This document shows, piece after piece, positions 1 through 9,801 of a stretch of 64,000 nucleotides of DNA; position 1 is the first letter of the stretch, and every line of letters starts with the position of its first letter. The position numbers and the translations under genes are program-made. This stretch comes from a virus. The stretch covers positions 1 to 64,000 of IMG/VR virus record IMGVR_UViG_3300045740_000123. One strand, given 5' to 3'. The notes under the pieces are model-generated. The model made no database searches and was not told where the DNA came from. It was given only the letters and a program-made list of their open reading frames with translations.

Positions 1-164
1 ACGACAGTTTGCGATGGTGCTGGCACCGTTTGCTTTTGTTGTTCCAGGGTCGTTTGGATGGCGCGTTCTCGCGCAAAAGCCTTGAGCTGCTCAATCTGCT
101 CAGGAGTCAACGACGCAAGGCTAAAGCCACTCGGTGGTGTGGACTGAGGAACCTGTTCTTCCAT
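1..164 (-). CDS. hypothetical protein, 5' part (runs off window)
   Basis: ATG at 164, open frame MEEQVPQSTPPSGFSLASLTPEQIEQLK... to window edge; not in ORF track. Confidence 0.55.
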   Translation of the reverse strand, partial: MEEQVPQSTPPSGFSLASLTPEQIEQLKAFARERAIQTTLEQQKQTVPAPSQTV

Positions 165-226
165 TTAATGACAAACCGTTTGCCAATACATTAACATTTA
201 AACAAAACTTGTCGAGGAATTTTGCG

Positions 227-655
227 ATGTCTTATGGAATCCGAAAAGGATTAGAGGATATTGCACATGAGCTGAAAGGGATCCGAGCCATTCTTAACAG
301 CTTTTGGGCCGAGCAATATAAGGATGGTAAACACGAGTACACCAATCCACAAGCTTACGCAGACGAGTATATCTCTACAGAAGAATGCGGTCGGCGCCTT
401 GGTGTTCGTGATCAAACAATCCGTAACTGGATTGCGGCTGGCAAAAAATCTCCCGATAAGGGGTGGCAGGAAGGTATTCATTACGTCAATATCCAACCCG
501 GTCAGAAAGAACGTCCAACCATCCGGATCGCCTGGAATCAACTGGTGCGCTCCTTTGCAAAAAACAAAGAAATCGAAGTCAAGGATTTCCGGGATGCAAA
601 GGGTAATCCGGCTTACACCAAGTCGACGCCAACCTTGGAAGATTTATACGAATAA
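227..655 (+). CDS. helix-turn-helix (excisionase/MerR-like) DNA-binding protein
   Basis: YISTEECGRRLGVRDQTIRNWI HTH pattern; GAGG upstream of ATG 227 favours this start over 134. Confidence 0.65.
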   Translation: MSYGIRKGLEDIAHELKGIRAILNSFWAEQYKDGKHEYTNPQAYADEYISTEECGRRLGVRDQTIRNWIAAGKKSPDKGWQEGIHYVNIQPGQKERPTIRIAWNQLVRSFAKNKEIEVKDFRDAKGNPAYTKSTPTLEDLYE

Positions 656-1158
656 TGGCTCATCGTTTCCAGGGAATCTGTATTGATCAGGTCACAATCA
701 CAAACTACGTGGAGCTTCTGCCGACATCGTTGGCGCTTCAAGTGGAAATGTTTCTACCGCCTGAGGGGTCATTCGATGATGAATGCTTGCAGCGGTACCT
801 TCTTAACCTAAAAAATTACGAAGAGGAGGACGCAAACTCTGGCATGACACTCGCCAATCGATTGCGGATGGCGTTTAAGGACATGAAACCAGACACCATC
901 TGTGGTAAATTTCCGCTTGCTGAATTGCCATTAAAACGCCGACTGCGTTGTGTTGCCGAGTATTTAATTCGATCTGGTGAGTTTGACAAGCTTCGTGACG
1001 AACAAGGAAGACTCATCAAAAAACGCGGAGTTCTTGGCAAGTTAGTTGTTATTTACAAACCTCTTCCAAAACTTGTAGAATCCCTTCTAAGACAAGGATT
1101 GATTACAGATGAATCGGCGCGAGAAGCTATTGGCATCAGTGATTGGACCAGAGCTTGA
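655..1158 (+). CDS. hypothetical phage protein
   Basis: 167-aa ORF coupled to previous stop (TAATG). Confidence 0.7.
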   Translation: MAHRFQGICIDQVTITNYVELLPTSLALQVEMFLPPEGSFDDECLQRYLLNLKNYEEEDANSGMTLANRLRMAFKDMKPDTICGKFPLAELPLKRRLRCVAEYLIRSGEFDKLRDEQGRLIKKRGVLGKLVVIYKPLPKLVESLLRQGLITDESAREAIGISDWTRA

Positions 1159-1495
1159 TCAGACGAAAGCTCGGATGCTTGATTCCACAATCAAGTTGAT
1201 CCTTGGTGACATGGGCCAAACTTACTGCCAGATGTGGGAACTGGAAGGCCCTGGTGTCATGGTGTTCCAGCCGACGAACAAAGAACGTTCGATGTTCTTC
1301 TGGACGTTGAAAGAAATCCATTCGGCTCAAGAGGATTGCGAACGCAGCAACGATGGTGATCTGGCCGAAAGCTTCCGCCGTATCCTGGGCGCTGCACAAA
1401 AGATCGATCCAAAAGAAAAAGCTGGTTACGTCATTAATGACGAAGATGGCATCCGTTATTTTGAGGTTGATTACAACCAGGCAACCGATCAATAA
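1109..1495 (+). CDS. hypothetical phage protein
   Basis: 128-aa ORF in same operon. Confidence 0.7.
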   Translation: MNRREKLLASVIGPELDQTKARMLDSTIKLILGDMGQTYCQMWELEGPGVMVFQPTNKERSMFFWTLKEIHSAQEDCERSNDGDLAESFRRILGAAQKIDPKEKAGYVINDEDGIRYFEVDYNQATDQ

Positions 1496-2082
1496 TGGCG
1501 ATTCCTAAATCTGGTTTCCGCAGGGAAGACTTAGAGCTCATTACAAATAAAGATTTGTCAATGTCCGCTCATGCTCTGATGGGCGGCATTGATCTTGATG
1601 TGGCAAGTTCCAGCCTGGCAAACGAGTATGTCGGCGCTGAACATTACTTCACCCCGACTGATGACGGTTTAAATAACCAGGATTGGTTTGGGAAAGTTTA
1701 TCTGTTTCCTCCCAGTGGTACCTATTTCTGGGATAAGAAAAATGATCGGTGGAAGATGACCAGGGGATCAGCTCGATCCATGGTTTCATCTCATGCCGTT
1801 TGGTTTCGGAGACTGTTTAAAGCATGGTATGACAACGAGATAGAACAAGGACTGTTCTTCTCCAATTGCCCTGACATGTTTAGGTACGAACAAAAGCTGT
1901 TTGATTTCCCGGTGTGCATTTTAAGAACTGCCCCAACCTTGATCAAAAATAGCAGCGAAGGAATAGCAAAACACAAAACCTGTACATCCTTTTTGGTTTA
2001 CCTGCAGCCCAAGGATTCCTGTGGGGAAGCCACTCAAAATTTCATTGATATCTACAGCGAAAAAGGCCGCGTTCTTTGTTAA
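1495..2082 (+). CDS. phage DNA N6-adenine methyltransferase-like protein (catalytic motif degenerate)
   Basis: IDLDVASS..AN....A..YFT..DDGL..DW.G.VY pattern; expected NPPY reads FPPS. Confidence 0.6.
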   Translation: MAIPKSGFRREDLELITNKDLSMSAHALMGGIDLDVASSSLANEYVGAEHYFTPTDDGLNNQDWFGKVYLFPPSGTYFWDKKNDRWKMTRGSARSMVSSHAVWFRRLFKAWYDNEIEQGLFFSNCPDMFRYEQKLFDFPVCILRTAPTLIKNSSEGIAKHKTCTSFLVYLQPKDSCGEATQNFIDIYSEKGRVLC

Positions 2083-2114
2083 ATCGCTTATATTTGAAAA
2101 GCTTTGGATGAACT

Positions 2115-2702
2115 ATGAGCGTTCTGTGTGATCGGGAGATTCGGCGTTTAGCGGAAGAAGAGGAGATGATTTCTCCTTTTCAAGATCGGCTGATCAGCGA
2201 AGAAGATGGACGACGTATCTTGAGCTATGGCCTTAGCTCTTATGGATACGACATCCGTTTATCACCGGAACAGTGCTTAGTTTTCGGGCGTATTTCAGAA
2301 GGTGAATGCGACCCCAAGGAATTCAAAGAAAACATCCTGGTTCCAGCCGAATTGCTGGAGGACGAAAAGGGCCGCTATTTCCTGCTGCCGCCCTATGGCT
2401 ATTGCTTGGGTGTTGCCAGGGAGCGCCTGAAGCTGCCACGTGATGTGACTGTGGTGGCAGTCGGCAAGTCCACCTACGCACGCTCTGGGATTCTGGTGAA
2501 CATCACCCCGGCAGAAGCTATGTGGGAGGGTTATCTCACCTTGGAGATCAGCAACTGCACTGGGCTCTTCAATCGGATCTATGCCGATGAAGGAGTGACC
2601 CAACTACTCTTCTATCGCGGTAATCCTTGCGAAGTAAGCTACCAAGACAGGAAGGGCAAGTATCAAAACCAAGCCCCAGAAGTGGTCTTTAGTAAAGTCT
2701 AA
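2115..2702 (+). CDS. dcd: dCTP deaminase
   Basis: SYGLSSYGYDIRL, GKSTYARSG, TPAEAMWEGYLTLE, YQDRKGKYQNQ motifs. Confidence 0.93.
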   Translation: MSVLCDREIRRLAEEEEMISPFQDRLISEEDGRRILSYGLSSYGYDIRLSPEQCLVFGRISEGECDPKEFKENILVPAELLEDEKGRYFLLPPYGYCLGVARERLKLPRDVTVVAVGKSTYARSGILVNITPAEAMWEGYLTLEISNCTGLFNRIYADEGVTQLLFYRGNPCEVSYQDRKGKYQNQAPEVVFSKV

Positions 2703-2715
2703 AAATTACAGTTGA

Positions 2716-3177
2716 TTAACCAAAGTAATCACTGTAGTTATAAGGCTTACCTGAATTGAACTGAGGTTTCGTGGGGTAGTTTACACTGCCCCTGGCACCC
2801 TGTGAATCTCCCAGGCTTGGTAGTTCCGTGCCCTTGTAGCTCATGGCGCCTTGTGGGACACGTGTACCAAAGATAGGGGATTGTACGTCAGCAGACTGCT
2901 GGTATTTGCTGGCAAGATTTGCAGCCTTAAGGAATCGTCTTACGCGATTTTGTTGAACAACATTTGCTGTATCTGCTGCTGCAGCTGTATTTTTTTCTTC
3001 TGCATCAAGACGCCGCGTATCAACGTCATAGTTTCTTTCCGGCGTTAGATCAGTTACGTCTCCACCGGAAGAACCCGCATCCAAGCGAGGGTCATAATCA
3101 AGACGACCTTTATAACCAATCTTTGTATCGACGGGTTGATTAGGACGTTCTTTAAGTGGGTCGTAGAATCTTGCCAT
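2716..3177 (-). CDS. hypothetical protein
   Basis: 153-aa ORF. Confidence 0.6.
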   Translation of the reverse strand: MARFYDPLKERPNQPVDTKIGYKGRLDYDPRLDAGSSGGDVTDLTPERNYDVDTRRLDAEEKNTAAAADTANVVQQNRVRRFLKAANLASKYQQSADVQSPIFGTRVPQGAMSYKGTELPSLGDSQGARGSVNYPTKPQFNSGKPYNYSDYFG

Positions 3178-3217
3178 GATAATATTGTAAACGAAGCAAC
3201 TTGCGCCAAGATATACA

Positions 3218-3574
3218 ATGCATAACCAAGCGGACTACTTTGACGGTCTTGGTCAGAGCATTATTGATGAAGTGATCTGCCGTTGTTTGAATCAAGCAAC
3301 GTTTGGAGAACCACTCGATAATGAAGAAAATGATGTACCATTGTACGATCAATATAATCGTGGCTTGGCATTATGCGAGCAAGGGATGGAGCGTCAGGAC
3401 TTGCAGCTAGAGGGGCGACGGCCCGGAATGACGGGTTACATTCCGTCGATGGAGGAAGCAACGGAGCGGTTCCCAGCTTCATCGCCACGACCGAAGACTC
3501 TGATTCTGGACTTGGGCGAACCAACGGAGGAGGAAAAGCTCCTGTCAGCGAAAAGACTTGGTTTGCTCCGGTAG
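3218..3574 (+). CDS. hypothetical protein
   Basis: 118-aa ORF with ATG start. Confidence 0.6.
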   Translation: MHNQADYFDGLGQSIIDEVICRCLNQATFGEPLDNEENDVPLYDQYNRGLALCEQGMERQDLQLEGRRPGMTGYIPSMEEATERFPASSPRPKTLILDLGEPTEEEKLLSAKRLGLLR

Positions 3575-3888
3575 ATCTAACTGATACCGAAGATTTTATT
3601 AGTGATTGCCCAGGGGGTGTTTGCCCTGTTCCCTGGGCTGTCAAAGAAGAGCCCCCTGTCGTCCAAATCGATAACGTCAATCATCCGTCTCATTACACAG
3701 ATGGTGGCATTGAATGCATCGAAGCAATTGAAGCTGCTTTAACCAACGAAGAATTCCGTGGTTATTGCAAAGGCAATTGTCTGAAATATATCTGGCGTGA
3801 AAAACTTAAAGGCGGTACCGAGTCACTGAAAAAAGCGCAGTGGTACTTGGATCGCCTCATTCAACTTGACGAAGCTCAGAAGGGCTGA
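3373..3888 (+). CDS. DUF3310-like protein (start uncertain)
   Basis: DNVNHPSHYT.GGIECIEAI...GYCKGN..KYIWR...KGG.ESL.KA.WYL signature. Confidence 0.85.
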   Translation: MRARDGASGLAARGATARNDGLHSVDGGSNGAVPSFIATTEDSDSGLGRTNGGGKAPVSEKTWFAPVDLTDTEDFISDCPGGVCPVPWAVKEEPPVVQIDNVNHPSHYTDGGIECIEAIEAALTNEEFRGYCKGNCLKYIWREKLKGGTESLKKAQWYLDRLIQLDEAQKG

Positions 3889-4175
3889 AGATCGTCGTCG
3901 TCTTCATCATCATCCATGATGCAGGCGGCGGCTAGCTCCACCAATTCAAGGTCAGTGGGTACATCGAAGGAAATGTCGATGTTCTCACTGGCCAAAATAT
4001 CTTTAATGGCAAACCACTCCATCAGGCGTTGATGGTAAAGGTTTAGAAGAGCTGCATATAACTGCTCCCATGTCATCTCCTGCGCTTGCAGCTCTGCACG
4101 ACGCATGGAGAATTGAAGCTCTAAAGGAAGTTCAAACTCTCTTGGTTCAACAGATCGCTCCATTCCAGATTGCAT
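3876..4175 (-). CDS. hypothetical protein, acidic C-terminus
   Basis: 99-aa ORF. Confidence 0.6.
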   Translation of the reverse strand: MQSGMERSVEPREFELPLELQFSMRRAELQAQEMTWEQLYAALLNLYHQRLMEWFAIKDILASENIDISFDVPTDLELVELAAACIMDDDEDDDDLQPF

Positions 4176-4199
4176 GGCTTCAATAAAACTATTTTAAAG

Positions 4200-4898
4200 C
4201 TAAATGTCGCAGATGCCTTGAAGTTCATCTGCCTCTACGGAGAAGAACTCATCCCATGGGGAGTCGTCAACCCTAAATTCGTTGGCAAATTCAGAGAGCA
4301 CGTAAGGGTTGATCTTCTCTTCCAGCTTACGAATTGCGTTGACCTGCCGCGAGGATGCCTCATAGTTGCGGAAGGCTGCCAGGAGAATTCCAAGGGATGC
4401 TCTGGGTGCAGAATCTAATTCCTGAACGAACAATTGAACCTCCTCTTTGCGTCTGTCAATGAGATTACCCACAACCTTATGGTCTTCATCAAAAACCCAT
4501 TGGCTCATCTCAGTTGTGACACCATGCCAATCTTCTTGTTCAATGCAATCAATCACGGCACTGTACAAGAAGGAATGCCATCCCACTGAATGAGCAAAGG
4601 AAATCAACGCCTGAGACATTGAACCATCAAGTCCCAAGTTAAGTTTGGTCAATTCGTTTTCCAGGACTTGCACTTCGTGGAAAAGGTACTCCAATGCCTT
4701 CTCCTTGGTGCACATTTGACCTGCTTTGACGGGCAAGCCGTCAGGATAATGCTGAGTCCCATACCCAATGGTATAGGGCTCAGCACCTGTCGATGGGTCC
4801 GGATACGCTTTCTCGTTAAACCCCTCGTATTTGCGGATTAAATTAATCGCGCAGCTAAGGTCGGACATGGGAATAACACTATTCCCACAATCATACAC
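4200..4898 (-). CDS. GH24 lysozyme (endolysin) with C-terminal extension
   Basis: LIRKYEGF..AYPD.....YTIGYG, ALISF..SVG, L..RR..E motifs. Confidence 0.85.
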   Translation of the reverse strand: MYDCGNSVIPMSDLSCAINLIRKYEGFNEKAYPDPSTGAEPYTIGYGTQHYPDGLPVKAGQMCTKEKALEYLFHEVQVLENELTKLNLGLDGSMSQALISFAHSVGWHSFLYSAVIDCIEQEDWHGVTTEMSQWVFDEDHKVVGNLIDRRKEEVQLFVQELDSAPRASLGILLAAFRNYEASSRQVNAIRKLEEKINPYVLSEFANEFRVDDSPWDEFFSVEADELQGICDI

Positions 4899-5030
4899 AA
4901 ATTATTTACCTTGGCCGCGAGTTTTTTTACGGCCATGATTAGGCAAAGAATGTAATCCCTGGCCTTGTCTTGTCTTTTTCGGCTTGGACTCAATCTTGAG
5001 AGATGCAGTCGACTTGGGTTTTGCCATGAT

Positions 5031-5318
5031 TTACCAGTTGTAGTTGCACGCCCACCATCCTGGAGTCAGTTTGTCCTTCTTCTCAGAACAGTTGTGACGC
5101 GCTTTGAAGTTAGCACGTCTTCCCTCGTCTTTATGCTGAAGAAAATCTTGATATCCACGGGCTCCAAAACGAACGATGGCCTCCTTACCGTTCTGGCAAG
5201 CCTTCACGACATACTTATGCTTATCACCTTTAGGAGCACGCTGCGGCTTGTTGCATGCCATCTTCTCCTTCTGATATCGCTTTGAAGCTGCAACAGCCTT
5301 CTTTGCCTTGTCCGACAT
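5031..5318 (-). CDS. small basic phage protein
   Basis: IVRFGARGYQDF..HKD..RRANFKARHNC...GWWAC..W, Lys/Arg-rich. Confidence 0.65.
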   Translation of the reverse strand: MSDKAKKAVAASKRYQKEKMACNKPQRAPKGDKHKYVVKACQNGKEAIVRFGARGYQDFLQHKDEGRRANFKARHNCSEKKDKLTPGWWACNYNW

Positions 5319-5688
5319 AATTAAGGTGCACTAAAGAATGTTCAGACTCTTTTTCCCAGGGCAGGATCTGAAATGGATCTTGGTCAATCCATCTTTCAAT
5401 TCTATTTAACCTAGCTTTAGAAAAGAAATCCTGCTCTAAGTACCACTCATGTAACTTATATGAAGCCTTAGATGCATTGCAACGACGGCAGGCTGGCACA
5501 AGATTTTTGCGTGTTGTTTCTCCTGATTTGTGTCGTGGTACAACGTGATCTAAGCTCGTTGCATCTTCACCGCAATATGCACATTTGTGGTTCCAGGACT
5601 TATAGATTTCGTCTCTAAATCTTTTCTTTGCTAATTTAGGAGTGACTTCAACGAGTAAGGCGATCGGCTCATGCTCGCTGTAATACAT
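5230..5688 (-). CDS. HNH endonuclease
   Basis: CAYCG...SLDHVVP...G.....NLVPACRRCNASK. Confidence 0.9.
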   Translation of the reverse strand: MYYSEHEPIALLVEVTPKLAKKRFRDEIYKSWNHKCAYCGEDATSLDHVVPRHKSGETTRKNLVPACRRCNASKASYKLHEWYLEQDFFSKARLNRIERWIDQDPFQILPWEKESEHSLVHLNYVGQGKEGCCSFKAISEGEDGMQQAAACS

Positions 5689-5827
5689 ACTCTTTAGCTG
5701 TCGTTAATTTATTCTAATTTCCTTTAGCTTTACAGAACTTTACCCGTAGGTTAAAAAAAGATGAATTCGCTTGACCGGGTCTATCCCTGCGTTACCGTAC
5801 AGGAGTTGTTCACCCTGACTTTAAGTC

Positions 5828-6055
5828 ATGGCTCAATCTAACGGCTGGGTTTCAGTCGCTCGTGCAGAAGAGCTCCTTGGCATCAACCGCAAGGAACTCT
5901 TCCGCATGCGTGATGATGGAACGCTGAAGCTGGGACCGCATTTCGCGGCTTTCCCTGAGACGCGTTCTCGTGATGGTTATCGCTGGAACGTAGAAGCCGT
6001 CAGGAAATCCCTGCGCAAACAAGAGCAGGAAAAGCAGATGGCATCTGTTGCTTAA
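5828..6055 (+). CDS. small HTH DNA-binding protein
   Basis: WVSVARAEELLGINRKELFRMRDDG excisionase-like pattern. Confidence 0.6.
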   Translation: MAQSNGWVSVARAEELLGINRKELFRMRDDGTLKLGPHFAAFPETRSRDGYRWNVEAVRKSLRKQEQEKQMASVA

Positions 6056-6485
6056 CCGGCTTGTAATACTGTTTGCGAATACTGTATGCCAATGTCAAAT
6101 CGGTTATGTTAACGCTTATCTCTTGATGAGCAATTAACCGATACAGGTGTGAAGAAAGGGGACTTATCCGACTCCACATTTTGTGGGGTCTTTTTTTGTC
6201 CAGAGAAAATAAAAGCACCCACTGTGGATGCAGTGGACGGATCGGACGTTTTTTGTTTTCCAAGATCAACGTCCCATCTGGACCCCAGTCGAAGTTTTCC
6301 AGTGCTTCAGGTTGGATGCCATATGTGGCGACCATCCCCAAAAGCCATCCAACATCTCTGGTGGACCTGCGGGAGGCCAGATTGAAATACTCGTCTACGA
6401 TCCGCTGGTCAATCGGTGGAGATTGAGACATGGTTGAGATGAGCAGGATTCCCGAACCATACAAGTCAGGGTGTCCTGCTGACAA
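6000..6485 (-). CDS. hypothetical protein (start probably near 6431)
   Basis: ORF track. Confidence 0.5.
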   Translation of the reverse strand: MSAGHPDLYGSGILLISTMSQSPPIDQRIVDEYFNLASRRSTRDVGWLLGMVATYGIQPEALENFDWGPDGTLILENKKRPIRPLHPQWVLLFSLDKKRPHKMWSRISPLSSHLYRLIAHQEISVNITDLTLAYSIRKQYYKPVKQQMPSAFPALVCAGIS

Positions 6486-6542
6486 TGGGTAAAGGAAGTC
6501 TTAATAAGTCTCGTGAGACTTAACATAAGTATACCTTAATTA

Positions 6543-8084
6543 TTAAGGAGTATAAGGTTTTCCGTCTTTATCAAACATTGTGAAGCCTTGCATGCGGATA
6601 TATTCAGCCGGAACATTGAACAGTTTCTGCATCATTGGCATCATCATTGGACCTTGACAGTTATATGGGGGCACATCCATGACTGATAACGATTGTCGTG
6701 TCATTAAGAATGCTTTTGCTTCTTTCTGTTCATTCTCTGTATCTTCTACCAATTTTTGCTCCCATGCAGCTATGCTTCCTTCTTCTACCGGAAAATCAGA
6801 AGGCTCTGGTGGGAAGGTATTATCTTTAAATTTAAGTGCGTAGATATGCTTGCAATAACGCATCTCATCTAGTAGAGGCGTCCAGTTATCTGTAATCGAA
6901 GTAATTGTTGATTGCGTTGAAGTGTAATCCTCATACCGAGGCATCCCTTCTGCAGTAGATCCAGGGATCGAAGGATCTGTTGTGCTTCTTAAGAAGGTGG
7001 CACCAAACTCTCTGTAAACACCGGGATTGTCTCGTGGGGCATTGTTATCAATTGTCGTCGTTGTAGATAATGAGAAAGGAACTGAGTATCCCGATGGCGC
7101 ATAAACATCCATCTTTCGGTTGACCGATGCAGATGTCATTGCGCTGTTATCAACCACACCACTTAAAGTTGTGACCTCAAATCGACCCGGCTTAACAGAA
7201 GCAATACTGCTACGCGGATAAATCTTTAAAGTCCCATCTGTCAAACGACGAGTAAAGGCATAATCACGGTGTGTAAAATCTTGGCAAGAACAGCAGAAAC
7301 GTGCTCCTGTAATTAAGTATCTCCCGACCTTAAAAGGTGCAGGCGATGGTGTGAAGTATTCTTGGTCGGGGCTTACCTCAACTGACCCAGCCTTGCGGAA
7401 CGTAAGGATTCCTGTTGTTGGATTCGTTGCAACCAAAACAGCCTGCACGTAGCCGTACCGTTTTTGGGTGGTCGGATCAATCGTATCTTTATCAATGATC
7501 TGTCCGCCAACTGTAATGACCCGATCCTCCAGGATCTCACTGTTCAGTGGAGTCAAACCTCCTGGAACACCTGGAACTGCCACGTAAAACGGAGGCGGAA
7601 GGGGGTTAGCAACACTCCAGCTTCCTGCAAGTTTTACATACCAATACGTTGAATCTTCCGTAATGCTTTCAACGTAAAGGTTCTGGTTCGTAATTGGATC
7701 TTTTAATTTATCCGATCGCATCGAGCCTGCGTAACGCCAACCGGCCCAGTGCATTCCTAGATCTTTATTGGTTGTTGGGAATCCAACGAAAGCACCTGAA
7801 ATGATCGGGTTTGGATTGACAACCGAGCTTGGTGTTCCAGACGGAACAGGAATTTGATACTGAAAGTTATAGGTGTAATCGTTGTCGTATGTACTTGCTG
7901 TGGCTAATTCATAGCCACGGCGCCAACGGGACCAAGCCGATTCACGGTTGATTGTACTCAAAGAATCAGGAATTGATCCCTTGGAAAATTCTGTTGTGAT
8001 TGGTTTTAAGCGAAAAGGATCCTTATCTTTCGCTCGTTGAAAGTTATTAAAGGATCCTATTTTACCGACCCCGTTGGAAGCCAT
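6543..8084 (-). CDS. putative virion-module protein with split SWIM-like Zn motif
   Basis: CSCQDF ... YCKHIYA separated by ~140 aa; lies in late operon. Confidence 0.6.
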   Translation of the reverse strand: MASNGVGKIGSFNNFQRAKDKDPFRLKPITTEFSKGSIPDSLSTINRESAWSRWRRGYELATASTYDNDYTYNFQYQIPVPSGTPSSVVNPNPIISGAFVGFPTTNKDLGMHWAGWRYAGSMRSDKLKDPITNQNLYVESITEDSTYWYVKLAGSWSVANPLPPPFYVAVPGVPGGLTPLNSEILEDRVITVGGQIIDKDTIDPTTQKRYGYVQAVLVATNPTTGILTFRKAGSVEVSPDQEYFTPSPAPFKVGRYLITGARFCCSCQDFTHRDYAFTRRLTDGTLKIYPRSSIASVKPGRFEVTTLSGVVDNSAMTSASVNRKMDVYAPSGYSVPFSLSTTTTIDNNAPRDNPGVYREFGATFLRSTTDPSIPGSTAEGMPRYEDYTSTQSTITSITDNWTPLLDEMRYCKHIYALKFKDNTFPPEPSDFPVEEGSIAAWEQKLVEDTENEQKEAKAFLMTRQSLSVMDVPPYNCQGPMMMPMMQKLFNVPAEYIRMQGFTMFDKDGKPYTP

Positions 8085-8087
8085 TCT

Positions 8088-8867
8088 TTAGAAGAAACCG
8101 CCCTGTGCGTAAATATGTGCACCTGGGGTGTAGCCAGAGATATTGGGACCTTCTGCAAATACACCCACATAAATACGATCGCCGCGCTCCAGGTAGATCC
8201 CTTTGTTACGCAAGGGGGCACTGGGACCAAGACCGTTTGTATTGCCTGCACTGGGCATTGGAACAGCTAGTTGTGGCATTACGTCCGAACAGTCCACAAC
8301 ACCACTACCTGCGGGGACAGTTTTACTGAAGAGAAGGCGGAAGTCGCCGCTTGCAGGAATTGGAGTGGTTGTATTACGCGTGTGATAAAACACAAACGTC
8401 ACTGCTGGTTGATTGGCATAAGCAGCAGTCTGATACGTAAAACCACTCACCGTTGCTCCAGAGTAGTTAATTGCTGTATTGACGCCCGTCAAAGTAGCTG
8501 CGCCGGTATAGGTGTAGTAACCAATTCCGCTCGCAGTTCCGTTCGTGAGAACAGTTGCAGACTGGACGTAAACAATCTGACCGCTAGCTAGTGCAATAAC
8601 AGTACCAGAAGTCGATGCGTTTACCGTATAATCTGGGGCGCGATAAGCGTCGTTGCGGGTAATCGTGATGGAATCAACCATTCCACCATTATTGTTATCC
8701 TCCGCAAGAGCTGCGTCCATGTCAACAAGAATGGAAGGAGCCTGCCCACCTTGCACAAATAAGGTGTTGCCTGCTTGGCTACCAACAGTCTGAGTGGTGA
8801 CTCGGACAGAATCAAACAGCGGACGATCAATAAAGAGTGGCTGTTTATTCGAACTTGTTGACGACAA
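8088..8867 (-). CDS. putative virion structural protein
   Basis: Thr/Gly/Ala-rich beta-type composition; late operon. Confidence 0.5.
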   Translation of the reverse strand: MSSTSSNKQPLFIDRPLFDSVRVTTQTVGSQAGNTLFVQGGQAPSILVDMDAALAEDNNNGGMVDSITITRNDAYRAPDYTVNASTSGTVIALASGQIVYVQSATVLTNGTASGIGYYTYTGAATLTGVNTAINYSGATVSGFTYQTAAYANQPAVTFVFYHTRNTTTPIPASGDFRLLFSKTVPAGSGVVDCSDVMPQLAVPMPSAGNTNGLGPSAPLRNKGIYLERGDRIYVGVFAEGPNISGYTPGAHIYAQGGFF

Positions 8868-8974
8868 TTCCTTTCTCCTTGTAAGTGCTACAACGGTTTT
8901 GTTACAACTATTTTAATAGGTGCAGCTCAATATCAGGCAAATAAAAAGACTCCACCGAAGTGAAGTCTATATCA

Positions 8975-9589
8975 TTAAAACTGTGTCAGAGCTTCCAGGA
9001 ACGGCGATCTGGGTGTAAACAGAGAAGCCGTCGAGACATCTGTTTCAACTTCAGTCAGTGGGCGCTGGAATGCAGTTTTTAAAATCTGCTCTCCCATCGA
9101 GGGTGTTTCTGACTGTTGATTGAATAACAGAGTCTTCAAAAGGAAACCTTTCAAGAAATCTTGAACGTTTGTTTTCTGTTCTTCTTGAGGCTGGGGCCTG
9201 GCTTGTGGGTTGGTACCACCAAGGATTGTTCGCACGTAATTTTGCGTTTCCTTGAAGGGTGGAATACCACCGTACCGTTCAACATTTCCTGGACCTGCGT
9301 TGTAAGCAGCCAGTGCTTTGTCGTAAGAACCAAACCGTTTCAGTTGTTGGCTCAGATAACGAGCGCCGCCAGTAAGACTTTGAACAGGATCGTATGGATT
9401 AGATACACCAAGCCCTTGCGCTGTGCCTGGCATCAACTGAACCAAGCCCATGGCACCCGCACCGCTTTTAGCTTGTGGGTTCCAGCCAGATTCCTTTTGT
9501 ACAAGGCGCAGAAAGATGTCTTCATTTACACCGAAGTCACGAGCTTTTTGTCTCGCAATTTCTTTAAGTTGTTCGCTGGTGTAAGACAT
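8975..9589 (-). CDS. lytic transglycosylase (SLT domain)
   Basis: [37 protein letters not shown]. Confidence 0.92.
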   Translation of the reverse strand: MSYTSEQLKEIARQKARDFGVNEDIFLRLVQKESGWNPQAKSGAGAMGLVQLMPGTAQGLGVSNPYDPVQSLTGGARYLSQQLKRFGSYDKALAAYNAGPGNVERYGGIPPFKETQNYVRTILGGTNPQARPQPQEEQKTNVQDFLKGFLLKTLLFNQQSETPSMGEQILKTAFQRPLTEVETDVSTASLFTPRSPFLEALTQF

Positions 9590-9801
9590 TGGTTTCTGCT
9601 TAACCTCCTACCCAATTTGAACTTGCCCTGAGACCAGGAATAAACACTGTTTGAAGAGTAAGTGCGACTGCCAGATGAGTCAGGGAACGTTTAACAAAAT
9701 TGGGGCAGAGAATCATGGTTTTAAAGCAACAACGCTGGCCCCCTTGAATCAGAGATTCGTGTCCAGCAGGCTGGGCTTACATGCAAAGCAATGCCAGAAA
9801 A

